The notes under the pieces were generated by a model that was not told the origin of the DNA, did not search any database, and worked only from the letters and a program-made list of their open reading frames with translations. Position numbers and translations under genes: made by a program. This document shows positions 12,681 to 64,000 of a DNA stretch of 64,000 nt, in pieces. How positions within the stretch are numbered: the first letter of the stretch is position 1; each line of letters starts with the position of its first letter. Origin of the DNA: Chrysomallon squamiferum (Eukaryota > Animalia > Mollusca); NCBI GenBank assembly GCA_012295275.1, contig CM022667.1, forward strand, positions 1,984,001-2,048,000, in the 5' to 3' direction.

Positions 12681-13676
12681 ATATATGTCGTAATATAATC
12701 ATCATCATCACCATCATAAATATTTTATTATTATGATTATTATCATAATCATTATTGTTGTTGTTGTTGGCTTCGTTCAAATTAGGCAGAAAACTGATTC
12801 AGTATTTCTCCATTTTCTATCAGTTCACACGCCAAACATAAACACTGGCCCCAAAATAAAAAATAAAATAAAAATTAATATTACAAAATATAATTTCTAG
12901 TAATACAATTTATTATTCTTTTCATCTTTCATTTCATATTTCTATCAGGAACCTTCAGTTAACCCCCAAAAAACAACAACAACAACAAACTAACAACCCT
13001 GTCCCCCAAAACCCCAAACAAACAACAACAAAAATCCCCCAACTTTTTGATAATATACATATATACGTAGATACTGTTCACAGGACATCACGATTTTAAC
13101 ACTGCTAATACTTTGGGTCACGCACATTTAATGGAGGTGTCAAAAATCGTGATCTTAGACAAATCTGAATACGTGATTTCAAGACAATAATAAAAATAAT
13201 ATTAATCAGAAAGAAATGCCTGATTTTCTCATTAATAACTCATCTTTAACATCTGGTAAAGGTGTATTACTAATTAAGTGTGGGATTTTTCTTTTAATTA
13301 GTACCTAATTAATTACTTTGAGAATTGCCGTTCATTTTCATGAAGTTGAATCAGATAGATTTGATTAAAATTTCTTTTTAAAAAGCTGACTTCGAGCGAA
13401 GGTCAACGTAAATACTGGGTGTGGTCGAAGCTGTGACGGACGGAGGGGTCGTCCCGTGGGGTTGTTTCAACTTTTCTTTTCTGAAGAAAAAATCAAAAAG
13501 CGTTTTCTGCTTCTTTACACGAAATAGGAATAGTTAATAAAAGTTTTTTAATTTTCATCGCTAATTATTTAATTATTTATTGATTCTCCGAAATAACATA
13601 AACAATACAATTTACATAATTAAATTACATAATATAAGTATACCATTCATGCAAGTATCTGTATCTATAATCTATC

Positions 13677-13709
<33 letters not shown>

Positions 13710-13841
13710 ATGTGTGTATGTATATATATATATATTCAGTGCGTTAGCCATTTGAAAAATGACGATTATTAGTGGCATATTTGTTGGATTTATATAAATA
13801 ATTAAATAAATAAATGAATGAATAAATAAATTCATTCATTC

Positions 13842-13916
<75 letters not shown>

Positions 13917-14286
13917 TTTATATTCAGTAATACGAATAGTATACCTTTTTAATATTTCTTTATATACCGCTATAAACTGATCACAATTAATATATGCGCT
14001 TCCTCAGACTTTAATGTCTAAAGTATACACCTGGATGGCTTTGACTGTCAACTCGGGATGATACTGACTCGGATACTCTACAGTTCTTCCTTGAAGATTT
14101 CCTGATAACCAGAATCTTCTCCTTCATATTCATTCCACACATGTGACCAACCCCCTGAACTGAGATATCGGCCGCGCACTTGGGGTTTCGTTCAAATTTC
14201 AGATCTGACTGTGAGTTACCCGTTTGAAAACGTGATCGTGACTGGTGGCATATTGTTGAATTTTAATAAGTAAATAAACAAACAAA

Positions 14287-14321
<35 letters not shown>

Positions 14322-14374
14322 ACAAATAAATAAATATTTAAACAAACAAATAAATAAATAAACAAATAAATAAA

Positions 14375-14405
<31 letters not shown>

Positions 14406-15066
14406 AAATTAATTAATTTATTTATTTATTCATCCTTCATAATAATAATAACAACAACAACAACAACAACAACAATAATAATAATAATAATAGTAACACT
14501 TAACTCTACGTTAATGATCTAATGTGCTTGAAATATTTATTTCGTGTTTTGCAGGGAACATTTTCTTCTACATTCCTGACTGTGTGAATGTTTGTGTGTA
14601 TATGTTTCTCTGTGTGTGCATGACTTTGTTTGTATATATATAATGTCTGTGCGTTTAAGTGTTAGTGTATACAGAAACAGTAGACACAACTACTAACACA
14701 TATATTAAACAAAAAAAGAAAACAAAAGAGAAAAACACACAAGCATAATACTCTAACTTAAAACAAAAAATTAAGCTTAAAGTATCTCTAAAACATTTGT
14801 GAATTTTTTTTTGCTGTAGTTGTTTTGAAAAATCCATGTTTAATCTCGATTGATGCTTTCACAAAGCCACAATACTTTACTTTAACCGGTCGGTAACAGT
14901 GATTTGTATATTATTTATTTATATATTTATTTATTTATTTATTTATTTGCGGTTAAAATGGTGGAGATTAAATGTTTTAGAGCGCATTATTTTATTGTCT
15001 CACTTTGTTGAGTGATAACTGTTACCCTTCAAAATAAAAACAATATCAACAACAATAACAAAAAAG

Positions 15067-15100
<34 letters not shown>

Positions 15101-16050
15101 AAATTTAAAAAAAAAGAAATATAAATATTTTAAAACAGTATTATTTTACTGACATTCTTTATTTTGAGTGATGACAGATAAAAAAAAAAAATTAGTTTGG
15201 AAGTATTAAGAATTTTTATCAGAAAATGCTCAACGTTAAGAAAGAAAAAGGAATAAAATAAAAACACGATAAAAAGCTGTACGTTAAAACAAAACCAAAG
15301 TTCATTTCTGTTCATCTATGATAATTTATTTTTAATATTCTGTTATTATTTTATTTTATGAAGATTCAAAATTTAATTTAATTTTTATAATCAAATGACT
15401 AAGTGATACGCATTAACACGAAAATAATCGTAACTGAGCATTCCAGTGTTATTGTTGTTGTTATTACTATTATTATTATTATTATTAAAATTATTATTAT
15501 TATTATTATAATTTAATTTTAATTTTAATTTTAATTTTTACGTTTATTTATTTATATTTTTAAATTATTTTTTATTATTATTATTTTTTCCAGTAAATCT
15601 GGATTCATTTTCGATTTTAATGTTTCCTAACTGTATCTGCACAGACAAGTTTATTTATATTTATTATTATTGTCATCATCATCGTCGTCATTGTTGTTGC
15701 TGTTGATGATGATGATGATGATGAAGATATCAACAGATAGTCTTCATTCAGTAGGAACATTTTTCATTTTTAATAATTATTAATTTTTATTGATCAAAAA
15801 AAAAAAAAAAAAAAAAAAAGAAAAACATTAATAAATATAATGAGTTTTTATACAAGCATCTCACGTATATAATCTTCGCAAAAAAAACACAACAACCCAT
15901 CACACACGTAATTACTATTTTAATTATGATCCACGCTTGTAATAAAAGAATACTCAGTTCTTAGGTTTAGTAAAATCACGATTTTTGAAAAATAATGTAG
16001 TTTTCCTTAGTTATTGTTCTTCATTTTCAATAAGAAGTTGTTTGAATTTG

Positions 16051-16081
<31 letters not shown>

Positions 16082-16282
16082 GTAAGTTGTTTTAATAAAT
16101 AGATCGGTCGAAGAAGAATACTGAAGCTTTATGATATATTTTGTTTCTGAAGTGATTTCAGAAGTGGATGGTTCAAAAAGATTGCCGATTTCTTTGTATA
16201 GATCCTAATTTTATTGAGTGTCAGGTTTTAAGTAGATAGTATTTGATGATGATGATGATGATCATGATAACAACAACAACAA

Positions 16283-16314
<32 letters not shown>

Positions 16315-16439
16315 ATAATAATAATAATAATGATGATGATGACGATGAAGATGTTGATAACAATAACAGTAGTAGTAACAGTAATAATAATGATGATAAT
16401 GATAATAAAAATAATAAAAATAATAATAATGATAATAAA

Positions 16440-16492
<53 letters not shown>

Positions 16493-17265
16493 TAATAAAT
16501 CTTTCATATGAACCTTCCCACAGACCCTGATACATCAGCTATAAGATCCCTGGTTGGAACGGGTCAACATGCGGATCTGTCAAGTCTACGTTCTTTCATC
16601 AGTTCATTTTAATCTGGATTTCGATGCTGCTTCTTAATTCACCACGGTGACAAATTCTGAGACATGATTAGCTTACAGAATTACGCTTTTTACGTCAAAG
16701 CTTTTTTACGAACGCTCGTAACTGCAACGACAAAGAGTAACCTTACCTAACTAAAGTTATAGATTATTTTTTCAAAAAACACACCAAGACGTGACTGAGT
16801 CGACAGTTTATCTCAGAAAGTAGTTACAGCTGCTCTGTACAATCGTGATGCGAGGATTTTGCGTGTTTGACAATTTTACGTTACAAAACGTCTTAAAAAA
16901 AATTCGATATTTAGAACATCATTATAGATTTCTGCACCCTGTTGCGTTATTCACATTCATGTTTTTAGTCTGAGGATGGGAGGTAGATAATTGTGATGCA
17001 ACGTGTAAAGAATGTTTGTTTAGCGATTACTGTATTTATTTTTTCATAATTATTATCAGTTATTTTGAAAGAAAGATAATATTTTGTATTGACCAAAACT
17101 GGAAGAAGTAGAATCTGTTTATATGTAATGAGCACTTAAATGTTTTGCTGTATTTACTGGTTTTGCATATATTCGAGTGTGCGTACATTAGAAAACATAA
17201 GTGCATACATCTACACATACAACTACACACGCATGTATCTATCTATGTATGTATGTATGTATATA

Positions 17266-17411
<146 letters not shown>

Positions 17412-18080
17412 TATAAAAGATATACATGTGATGTGTATTGTTTTTATTTCTATAAATATTTATCCAATGTAATGTTTTTTCCCGTGCTTATATTTGATTG
17501 TTGTTTTCAGTGTTTACAACACATCAGTTTAACGCATTGTTTTTGCTTACATAAATCATCGCTACTGGACGTTTTTATGTATTTACAGCACTTCTCATTT
17601 GGAACGTTTAAACAATTAACTGTGTGTGTTGTTATTGCTTGACCACGGAGGTTAGTCCATTTGACCAATTGGACCACACGACCATTTGCGATGTGAAAAT
17701 TGACAGTATAATGTCAACACTGGTTACGAGAAACGCGTGTATCATTACAACGTGATTAAAACGTAGTCTAATATCTGATAACGTATTGTGACTGAACGTA
17801 TTAAAAATTGTCAATAGAATAAGGGTAAAATAAATAAAATAATAAATAAGTAAATAAATAAAATAACGGTAAAAACAAATTCAAAAAAAAAAAAAAAAGA
17901 AGAAAATAGAAATGTGAAAAAAAAAGAAAAGAAGAAGAAGAAGAAGAAGAAGAAGAAGAAGAAGAAGAAAAAGAAGAAAAAAGAAGAAAAAAGTCAAAAA
18001 GCTACAGTTGTGTACAAAACTACGCTATTCATACAGTAGCGAATGAAAGCAATATATATATATATATATATCAAGAAGTT

Positions 18081-18233
18081 ATGACGTCACAGGAATTAGC
18101 TGAAAATACTAAATGCGACGACGGCGATGTTGTTAATAAAACAGACGACGTCAACGACGTGGACGACACGTGGACAGACGTTGGTAACGACACCTGTACG
18201 ATTCAGCGCACCAACACCGCCCGGTCTATGAAG
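18081..18233 (+). CDS. Probable alternative first coding exon (1a) of the TRPC gene, MTSQELAE...QRTNTARSMK
   Basis: GC/CpG-rich open frame of 51 codons from ATG in AT-rich DNA. It ends at AAG|GTATTC in phase 0, compatible with the exon 2 acceptor at 32221. No family motif to confirm it. Confidence 0.55.
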
Positions 18234-19250
18234 GTATTCACTGTAAAACTCTGTCACGTTATCTTTATCTTTATCACATTAATATTCAGTGTATGTTATC
18301 TTTATCTTTATCTTTATCATATTAATATTCAACGTATGTTATCTTCATGTTATCTTTATCTTTATCTTTATCATATTAATATTCAGTGTATGTTATCTTT
18401 ATCTTTATCGTATTAATATTCAGCGTATGTTATCTTTATGTTATCTTTATCTTTATCATATTAATATTCAGCGTATGTTATCTTTATCTTTATTTTTATC
18501 ATATTAATATTCAGTGTATGTTACCTTCATGTTTTCTTTACCTTTATTTTTATCATATCAATATTCAGCGTATGGTATCTTCATGTTATCTTTATCTTTA
18601 TTTTTATCATATTAATATTCAGCGTATGTTATCTTCATGTTATCTTTATCTTTATTTTTATCATATTAATATTCAGCGTATGTTATCTTCATGTTATCTT
18701 TATCTTTATTTTTATCATATTAATATTCAGCGTATGTTATCTTCATGTTATCTTTATCTTTATATTTATCTTTACTAACCTGTTGTTTTTATCTTATCTA
18801 ATATACTGCCCAGTCTGTAGAGATATTCACTGTAAAACACTATCACGTTATCTTTGAATTTTTATTTTTATTATGTTAATATTCGATTCATCTTGTCTTC
18901 ATGATATCCTTATATTTAATAACTTAGTGTCTTTATCTAATCTTGCATATTGCCCAATCTGTAAAGATATTCACTGTAAAATACTGTCATATTATCTTTA
19001 TTTTTATCATATTAATATTCAGTTTATCTTATCTTCATGATTATCTTTATCTTTATCTTTATCTTTATTAACCTATTGTTTTTATCTTATCTTACGTATT
19101 TCCCAAACTGTAAAGATATTCACTGTAAAACACTGTGATATTATCTTTATTTTTATCATATTAATATTCAATTTATCGTATCTTCTTTATATTTATCTTT
19201 ATAGTTATATTTATTAACCTATCTTATCTTGTAAAGGTATTCAGAGTAAA
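18219..19250. repeat. Compound minisatellite: 54-bp units (TTATCTTTATC..CATATTAATATTCAGCGTATG..) nested in ~145-150-bp units that include the exon 1a donor region
   Basis: 18-aa periodicity in ORF 18386-18778; gccc..tct..aag(g/a)tattcactgtaaaa recurs at ~18219, 18808, 18952, 19101 and 19231. Confidence 0.88.
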
Positions 19251-20297
19251 ATGTTTCGGAAATAACCCAAGATTTTGTTATTCTTACGATCTTAATAACT
19301 GACTTTATATTTAACTTTATCATATCATTTTATATATCTTGTTAGTGCGCTGTATCATTATATATATATATATATAATAATATAATTGCCAGTTGTATCG
19401 TGGTAGCCATTGTAAAATGTTACCCCAGAATCTCCCGAATTTGTTATTGTTAAGCTATTAATAACTGACTTATTTTCATTTTATTTTTATATTTATCTTT
19501 ATGTTATTTATTTCTTCTTTTTTTTTTGTTTCTTTTTTGTTTGTTTATTTGTTTGTTTTATTATATTTTATTAAATTTATTCTATTTATTCAATTTATAT
19601 ATATATATATATATTTCTTTGAATCTTATCTTATATTACTAATTTTAAACGAAGGAATTCACTGTGAAATGTTGCCATATCACCTTTTTATTTCGTTACT
19701 CTTATATTGACAAATGATAATTATCTTTATGTTATCTTCATATTTCTAATTATCTTTATCTTCTGTTATTTTTATCTTGTCTTATTTACTGGTTCTTCTA
19801 TGAAGATTTCCACTGCAGAACGGTACCATGAAATCTTTGATTTTCGTATTGATGTGATACAAATAAGTGATTTACTTTATCTTTCCATTATTTTATTTTG
19901 TTTTACTTTATTGTACTTTATTGTACTTTATTTTATTTTTTATTTATCTTTATCGTTCTCTTGTCTTATGTAATCTGATTTTATCTTACTTATCTGATTG
20001 TTTCCACTTTTATCATTAAGTGATTTATATTTTATACTTTAGAAGACTTTTTTGTTTGTTTTGCAGTGGTGAACTGAAATAGCATTTTACTATTTTCTTC
20101 ATCGTTAGCAAATGATATTTTGATACAGGTTTTGATATTAATTCCTATTTTGTTGTATACAGCAGGATCAAGGATTTTTTAATACAGGATTGTATCCTGT
20201 TCTTTATATTTACTCTAGAATTCGTGGCACATCATAAAGATTTTTTAGATGTTGTCATCCGACTCTTCCAAGTAAAAACAACAACAACAACAAATAT

Positions 20298-20351
<54 letters not shown>

Positions 20352-21760
20352 TACGTTAAGTTGTGGTATTTAACTTAATGAACATTGTAGCAGATGGAAC
20401 ATCTCAAATGGCGAAATTTTTTTTTTATTTTTTTTTTTTTTTTTTTTTTTGTATTATGACACTTCGAATAACATGAAATATAATCCAGCATATTGTTTAA
20501 AAACAAAAAAAAAACAAAACAAAAAAAAAAAAACAAAACAAAAAAAAACCACTGGCACTTCAGGACATTTCATCCGTTCGTCCCTGAACGGTTATTTGAA
20601 CAAAGCATATCAGTTATTAGTCTCACAGTTCACAGCTTTTATTTTTTTTTTTTTTTTTTCTATTTTACCAGTTATAATCTGCTGGGATACCCGACTCTCT
20701 CGGCAAGGATCAGGTTTTTATTTCCGTTTTTCTTTCGGCTTCGCGGTTATCGACGAATGTGTAAATATACGAGCTGAAGAGTCAATCTGTTTGTTTGTGT
20801 AAATGTAACGCGGTGTTTGTGTTTACACGCAGATGTTTTTTATTGTTGTCGTTAAGCGACGGATGTGTTGATGGACACGCTTCGATGAGACTTGTAAGAG
20901 AAATTTATATGCATGGATGGATGGATGGATGCATGGATGAATGGATGAATGGACGAATTAGGAACAGACAAAAATATGAGAGAATGAACAAAGTAATTAG
21001 TAGGAAAAAATAGAAAAAAAAAAAAAGACAGACTGTTGGATGGAATGGTTGATGGAAGGACGGGGACAAAAAAGAAAGAAATTATAGATACATGGAGGGA
21101 TGGATGAATGAAAGGAGGATGTGTGGATGGATGAACAAATGATACATGAATAGATGGATGGATAGATGGATGGATGGATGGATGGATGGAAATATAGACA
21201 AATGATGGAATTCCTAATTTATTCATTGATTCATGGATATATGAATGGAGTTATGCATAGATGACCAGATATGCAATTTAAAGACATATCTATGCACTTA
21301 CATAAACAAACCTTTCACAGAATATAAACATACATACCTTGTATAATGTATGTGTACGTGCATGAGCATTTGTGTATATTTGTTTACTAGTAAATATTTT
21401 GATATTTTATTTACAGATATCGATGAACATTATTTCAAAATATCCACCAGTCTACGTATAAATAAATTAATATGACTCTTCCTGGTCTGATAAATGTTTT
21501 AGGAACTCAGTGTTTGATTTATGTGATAAACTATTGACCGTGATGAGAATCTGAAATATATACGTGTAGTTGTTCTGTACACTGTTGTAGATTTAATCAG
21601 GAAAACAAAAAGAAAGATACGTTTCAGTTTTGTAAAACATAATTATAAGAAAGCCTCACCAAAGGTATTAATTTAGATTTTCGTATTAATTTAAATAACA
21701 GGTTTTAATACATACATACATACATACATACATACATACATACATACATACATACATACA

Positions 21761-21794
<34 letters not shown>

Positions 21795-21810
21795 CATACA
21801 TACATACATA

Positions 21811-21953
21811 CATGGTAAAAATAAAGATAAAGATAACACGAAGATAACATACACTGAATATTAATATGATAAAAATAAAGATAAAGATAACATGAAGATA
21901 ACATACGCTGAATATTAATATGATAAAAATAAAGATAAAAATAACATGAAGAT
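21811..21953 (-). repeat. Inverted copy (~2.5 units) of the 54-bp minisatellite
   Basis: Reverse complement matches the 18500-18760 units; the same YFYHINIQRMLSSCYL translation appears on the - strand. Confidence 0.9.
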
Positions 21954-23205
21954 ATGTATATATGTTTGTGTATATGTGTGTTCTGTGCATGTTTGTTTGT
22001 ATAATAAAGACAAAACGTCCTATATATACACATAACTTTTAATGTAATAGTTAATAGTTAATAAGAAAAATATATTCGTTTTTTAAGTTGACACTCGGAT
22101 ACGCAAATACAAATATACATACATTCAAATACACACACACACGCACACATTATATATACACACATACACACACACACACATATATATGTACACACACATA
22201 CAAATATATACATACATACACACATATATATGCATAGGCATAAATATAATACAAATATATAAAGATACATACATATACAGACAAACAAACAAAGATGCAT
22301 ACATACATATGAGCTATTAGCTTTTGACTAGATGACTGTATGTATTTAAAATGTGCTTCTTTCAATGCACCTGTGTCATGAATATTTATGTCTGTACTTG
22401 TCAATATGTCAAACATTTAAACATGCTTTGTTCTGGACTAAAAAAAACAAAGAAGAGAAAGAACAAAAAAAACAACACATACATTAGAAGAAAAAAAAAC
22501 CCAACTAATTAATCGTTATCATACTTACAAATAACAAAGAAAATAACATTAAAAAAAAATACAACAACATGCATTATCGTATAAGTCAGTGAAATTAATA
22601 AATGTAAAAGCAGAGGCAGACACTGCTGGTTTTTTTGATATGTTATTATTTATGATGTTTTGCTTCGCCATCAAACTCAGATGTCTAACTGTGTTATATG
22701 GATTTTGCTCGTTTCAACACATGCAGTGTCACCTGTACAAATATGAATAAATGCTTTATCGGGGCAGCTTTTTTTTTCTTTCTGTTTTTTCATTTATGCA
22801 TGCCACGATCTGATTTACGTCTCTCTCTTTACGACTGTCGTAAATGTCCCCACTGATCTGCACTCGCCAGATACGGCAGCTCATTTGTTCAAACTCTCTT
22901 TTAATTGAAAATTTTAATTATTTCAAGGCTTTTTTTTTTTTTTTTTTTTTTCAGGAAATTTTAATTAACAGATCTGTAAGTTTAGAAATTGTTCACAAAA
23001 TAAATAAAATGGACAAGGATGCAAAAACGTAACATCAAAATTGATCAGAAGGATACATACACGACGACATGTACCATTACGACTACTCGACTACTACTAT
23101 TATTACTATTACTACCACTGTCGTTACTACTATTGCTACTACCACTACTAATACTATTTCTAAAACGACTATTACTACTAGTGCAGCTATTACACTACTA
23201 CTACT

Positions 23206-23246
<41 letters not shown>

Positions 23247-23391
23247 AACTACTACTACTACTACTACAACTTCTAAAACTGAAATTACTTTGGTAGGTTA
23301 TTAATACCACTAATGCCGGTGCTACTGCTGCTCCCGCTATTATATAACTACTGTTATTTATTTAACTAAAGGTAAATACACGCACATTACG

Positions 23392-23456
<65 letters not shown>

Positions 23457-25155
23457 ACACTCATGCAGTCACTCGCCTATTCCTACACCAGATGCCTGCC
23501 CGGAAAAGATTACAATATTTGTATTGCGACGACAGACACCTGAACAGCTGTTGTTTTGACAAAACCTTCGAAATCTTGTTTCCTGATACTAACAGTCTAG
23601 ATAACTGCAGACGTCTTGTTACTTCAGAACCGCAGATCGAACAATTCTGTTTCACTCTGTTGTTCCTGCAGTCCATTTAGCTGATAGCTTTGTCACGTGG
23701 TTACGGTAAAACACCGCTGATAAACCTGCAAAGACCGCAGGCATGTGTGTGTATGTTTGTGTTTAGTGTGTAGTGTGTGTGTATGTGTGTGCGTGTGTGT
23801 GTCTGTCTGTGTGTGGTTTGTAGGAATGTGTTTATATTTTTATTTATGTGTGAGGATGTGTTTGTGTCTATGTATGTATATAGGTAGGTGTCTCTGTGTA
23901 AATGTTGATAGATAAATAGGTATATACGTACATATATAGATATATATATATATTTATGTTATATGTGTGTTGGTTTAATATAGGTATGTGAGTGTATAGT
24001 TTAGCAATGCTCTGTGAAAAAAAAGAAGAGCTAAATTCAGAAGCCATAAGCTATTTTTCACTTACATATTTTCATATATATATATACATACATACACACA
24101 CACACACACATATGCATACATACCTCACGCACACATGCATGCATACGATACGCACACACGCAAACATACATACATACATTACCTTATACGCACACACATA
24201 CACAAACTCGCACACACAACACACACACGTGTATAGTAAAGCAATTAGAAGCTCTGTGTTTCTATGAAATAAGAACAATATCTCCCGTATATACAATTAA
24301 CAAAAAACCAGTCATTTTTCTCTCAACTCGGTTCCAGAGAATGAATTACCAGGTGAAACAATTCATGCCATTTATTGATCTTTCTGAAAACAAAAGAAAA
24401 GAAAAAAAAAAGTATCGTTTATTCATTAATACACCTGAAAAAAAAAAAAACTCTTGTAAACCTTGGTTAGTTACCAAAAAGAAAAGAGTTAAAAACAAAA
24501 AAATAAAACAACAAGGACCGACTAACATCCGTCCGTCGATTTGTTTTTTGATTTCATCCAGTGAACAAGCACGGACTGAAATCCATGCACTTGGGAAACT
24601 ATTTTCTTGCAAAAATTCCACGCTTGTTTCTGAATGTTACGGTCGATATCGGACACGCCTTGTAGCAAGTAATTATACACAGTTGACGGAGTGGGTTAGA
24701 TTTTAAGGACTTCTGTGGGGGTTTTTTTCTTCTTAATATCACTGCAGGTTGAGTTTATATTTAACTTTTGTCCGTTATTAAAGAGCGAAAATACCTCGGC
24801 AGATTTTGTTAAAAAAAACGAAAGCCGAATGAGTCATGGATGTATTCGGTTATGTTTTGGTTGCAGGAATCGTGCAGATTAAAACGTGTTTGTGTCTGGA
24901 AAAAAACACCCCAGCTGTTTAGCAATTTAGAGAACTGCTATTAAAGTGTTGTTCATGGATGAATGAAGACATTTCAGTTGTTGAGTTACGATCAGACGTT
25001 GCTTTTACGGTTCATCCGTTACGATTTGAGAAACATATTTACGATCTTTTTTTAAAAGACCGCTGACGTTTCGCCGTTTTTTTTTTGTTTTTTTTTTCTC
25101 TTTGTTTATTTTAATTTGTTCATTTGTACATTACTGGTATTTTAAATTATTATTA

Positions 25156-25192
<37 letters not shown>

Positions 25193-25221
25193 TAATTCTT
25201 GGAAAGTTTTGAGCTCTAAAC

Positions 25222-62590
<37,369 letters not shown>

Positions 62591-62639
62591 TTATCTGTGT
62601 ATTGAGAAGACAATCAAGTGAAGTTTAACGAAAATGGAA

Positions 62640-63082
62640 GAATTGGAAAAGAGCTTTTAATCATAAATTGGAAAAGAGCTTTTAATCATAAATTGGAAAA
62701 CAGCTTTAAATCAGAAATCGAAAATATCGTTTAATTATAAATTGGAAAACAGCTTTAAAACATATTTCGTTAAAAAAAAAAAAAAAAGTTTAATTATAAA
62801 TTTTTAAAGATATTTAATTACAAACTAGAAATGTTCTCTTAACTTGGAAAAAAACTTTAAATCATAAATTGTAAAAATCGTTTAATTATAAATCGGAAAA
62901 AAGAGTTTTTAATATTAAATGGGAAATGAGTTTTTAATCATAAATTTGAAGAAACAAAAAATCATTTAATTATAAATTGAAAAATTGTTTTTAATCTTAA
63001 AATGGAAAAGATACTTTAATCATAAATTGGAAAAAAGCTGTTCATCGTGAATCGGGAGCTTGAGCTTTTAATCATAAATTAA
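62640..63082. repeat. ~25-bp degenerate tandem repeat in the probable TRPC 3' UTR
   Basis: ttttaatcataaattggaaaagagc and variants. Confidence 0.85.
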
Positions 63083-63272
63083 ACTGAAGTATTATTCTAC
63101 CTGTATAGAAAATGGACTAAGAAAGGAAAAGAAGCTTTCTCATAGAAGGTAAAGCGCCAAATATTTATTATGCCAGCACTTCGTTTTTGTAAAAACACGC
63201 AACATCAGTATTTGTAAATAGTCAAATGAACCTGAACTACACATACAGACACACGCATGTACGTGCACGCAT

Positions 63273-63363
<91 letters not shown>

Positions 63364-64000
63364 GTTACATCCTGGCTCATACACACGCACACACATACAT
63401 AGATAAATATACTCACAAACAACATATACACCCAAACTCACACACATTAATATATATATCCACACATATACATGCACATCCGCACATACATACACAAACA
63501 CTTTAACCATGCATAGTGTTACGAAATTAAAATACCAAAGCTTAGATATTATATTATTATTTTTTTAAATTATTGTTGTTGGTTATTTCCTCATTGCTTT
63601 GTTTTATCATTTGTCTGTTGTCCATTGGTTACACACTTTTAAAAGTGTCCCTTTTAAATATATTAATTAATTATATAATTATTAATCTCTTTGAAATTAT
63701 AATTGATAATATTTGACATTAAATTCATTTTTAGTTCCATTATAGTAATATATTTGCATATGTTTTACTTTTTAATCTTCTTTTCGATAAGTTATTAGAT
63801 GTGTATATGTATATATGTATATTTGTGTGTCTGTGTGCGCATGCGTGTATGTATGTCTGTGTACATATGCACAAAAATAAATATATTATATTACAATTTT
63901 AAAAAAAATAATAGTATAAATAAAAATAGTATTAAAAAGTATAAGTATGAATCATGTTACTGCAGTATGTTCCCATCTTTACGTGCAAAATTACAATATT

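Noticed and set aside
23461-23680. Cys-containing ORFs on both strands (62 and 71 aa) between exons 1a and 1b
   Set aside because: No recognisable motif or convincing splice pair; more likely non-coding upstream sequence

Overview
AT-rich, microsatellite-dense animal genomic DNA, probably a mollusc or other lophotrochozoan (inferred from composition and repeat style only). There are two main contents. (1) A tandem tRNA-Gln array at 5.2-11.4 kb on the + strand: seven full-length genes (5 CTG, 2 TTG) plus one 5' half-gene. The half-gene is cut at U33 and joined to a decayed Tx1/L1-type non-LTR retrotransposon (ORF1 with CCHC knuckles, APE endonuclease, no RT visible). (2) A complete + strand canonical TRP channel (TRPC) gene, reconstructed by hand as 15 phase-compatible coding exons (25222-62590; 2841 nt, 946 aa). 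It has a probable alternative first coding exon at 18081-18233 and a candidate in-frame cassette exon at 54637-54699. The most unusual pattern is that several TRPC splice junctions have seeded tandem repeats containing the splice site itself. The clearest case is a 94-bp array whose unit is a 16-nt GT..AG spacer plus an in-frame 78-nt copy of the exon end. Most ORFs in the supplied track are microsatellite artefacts.
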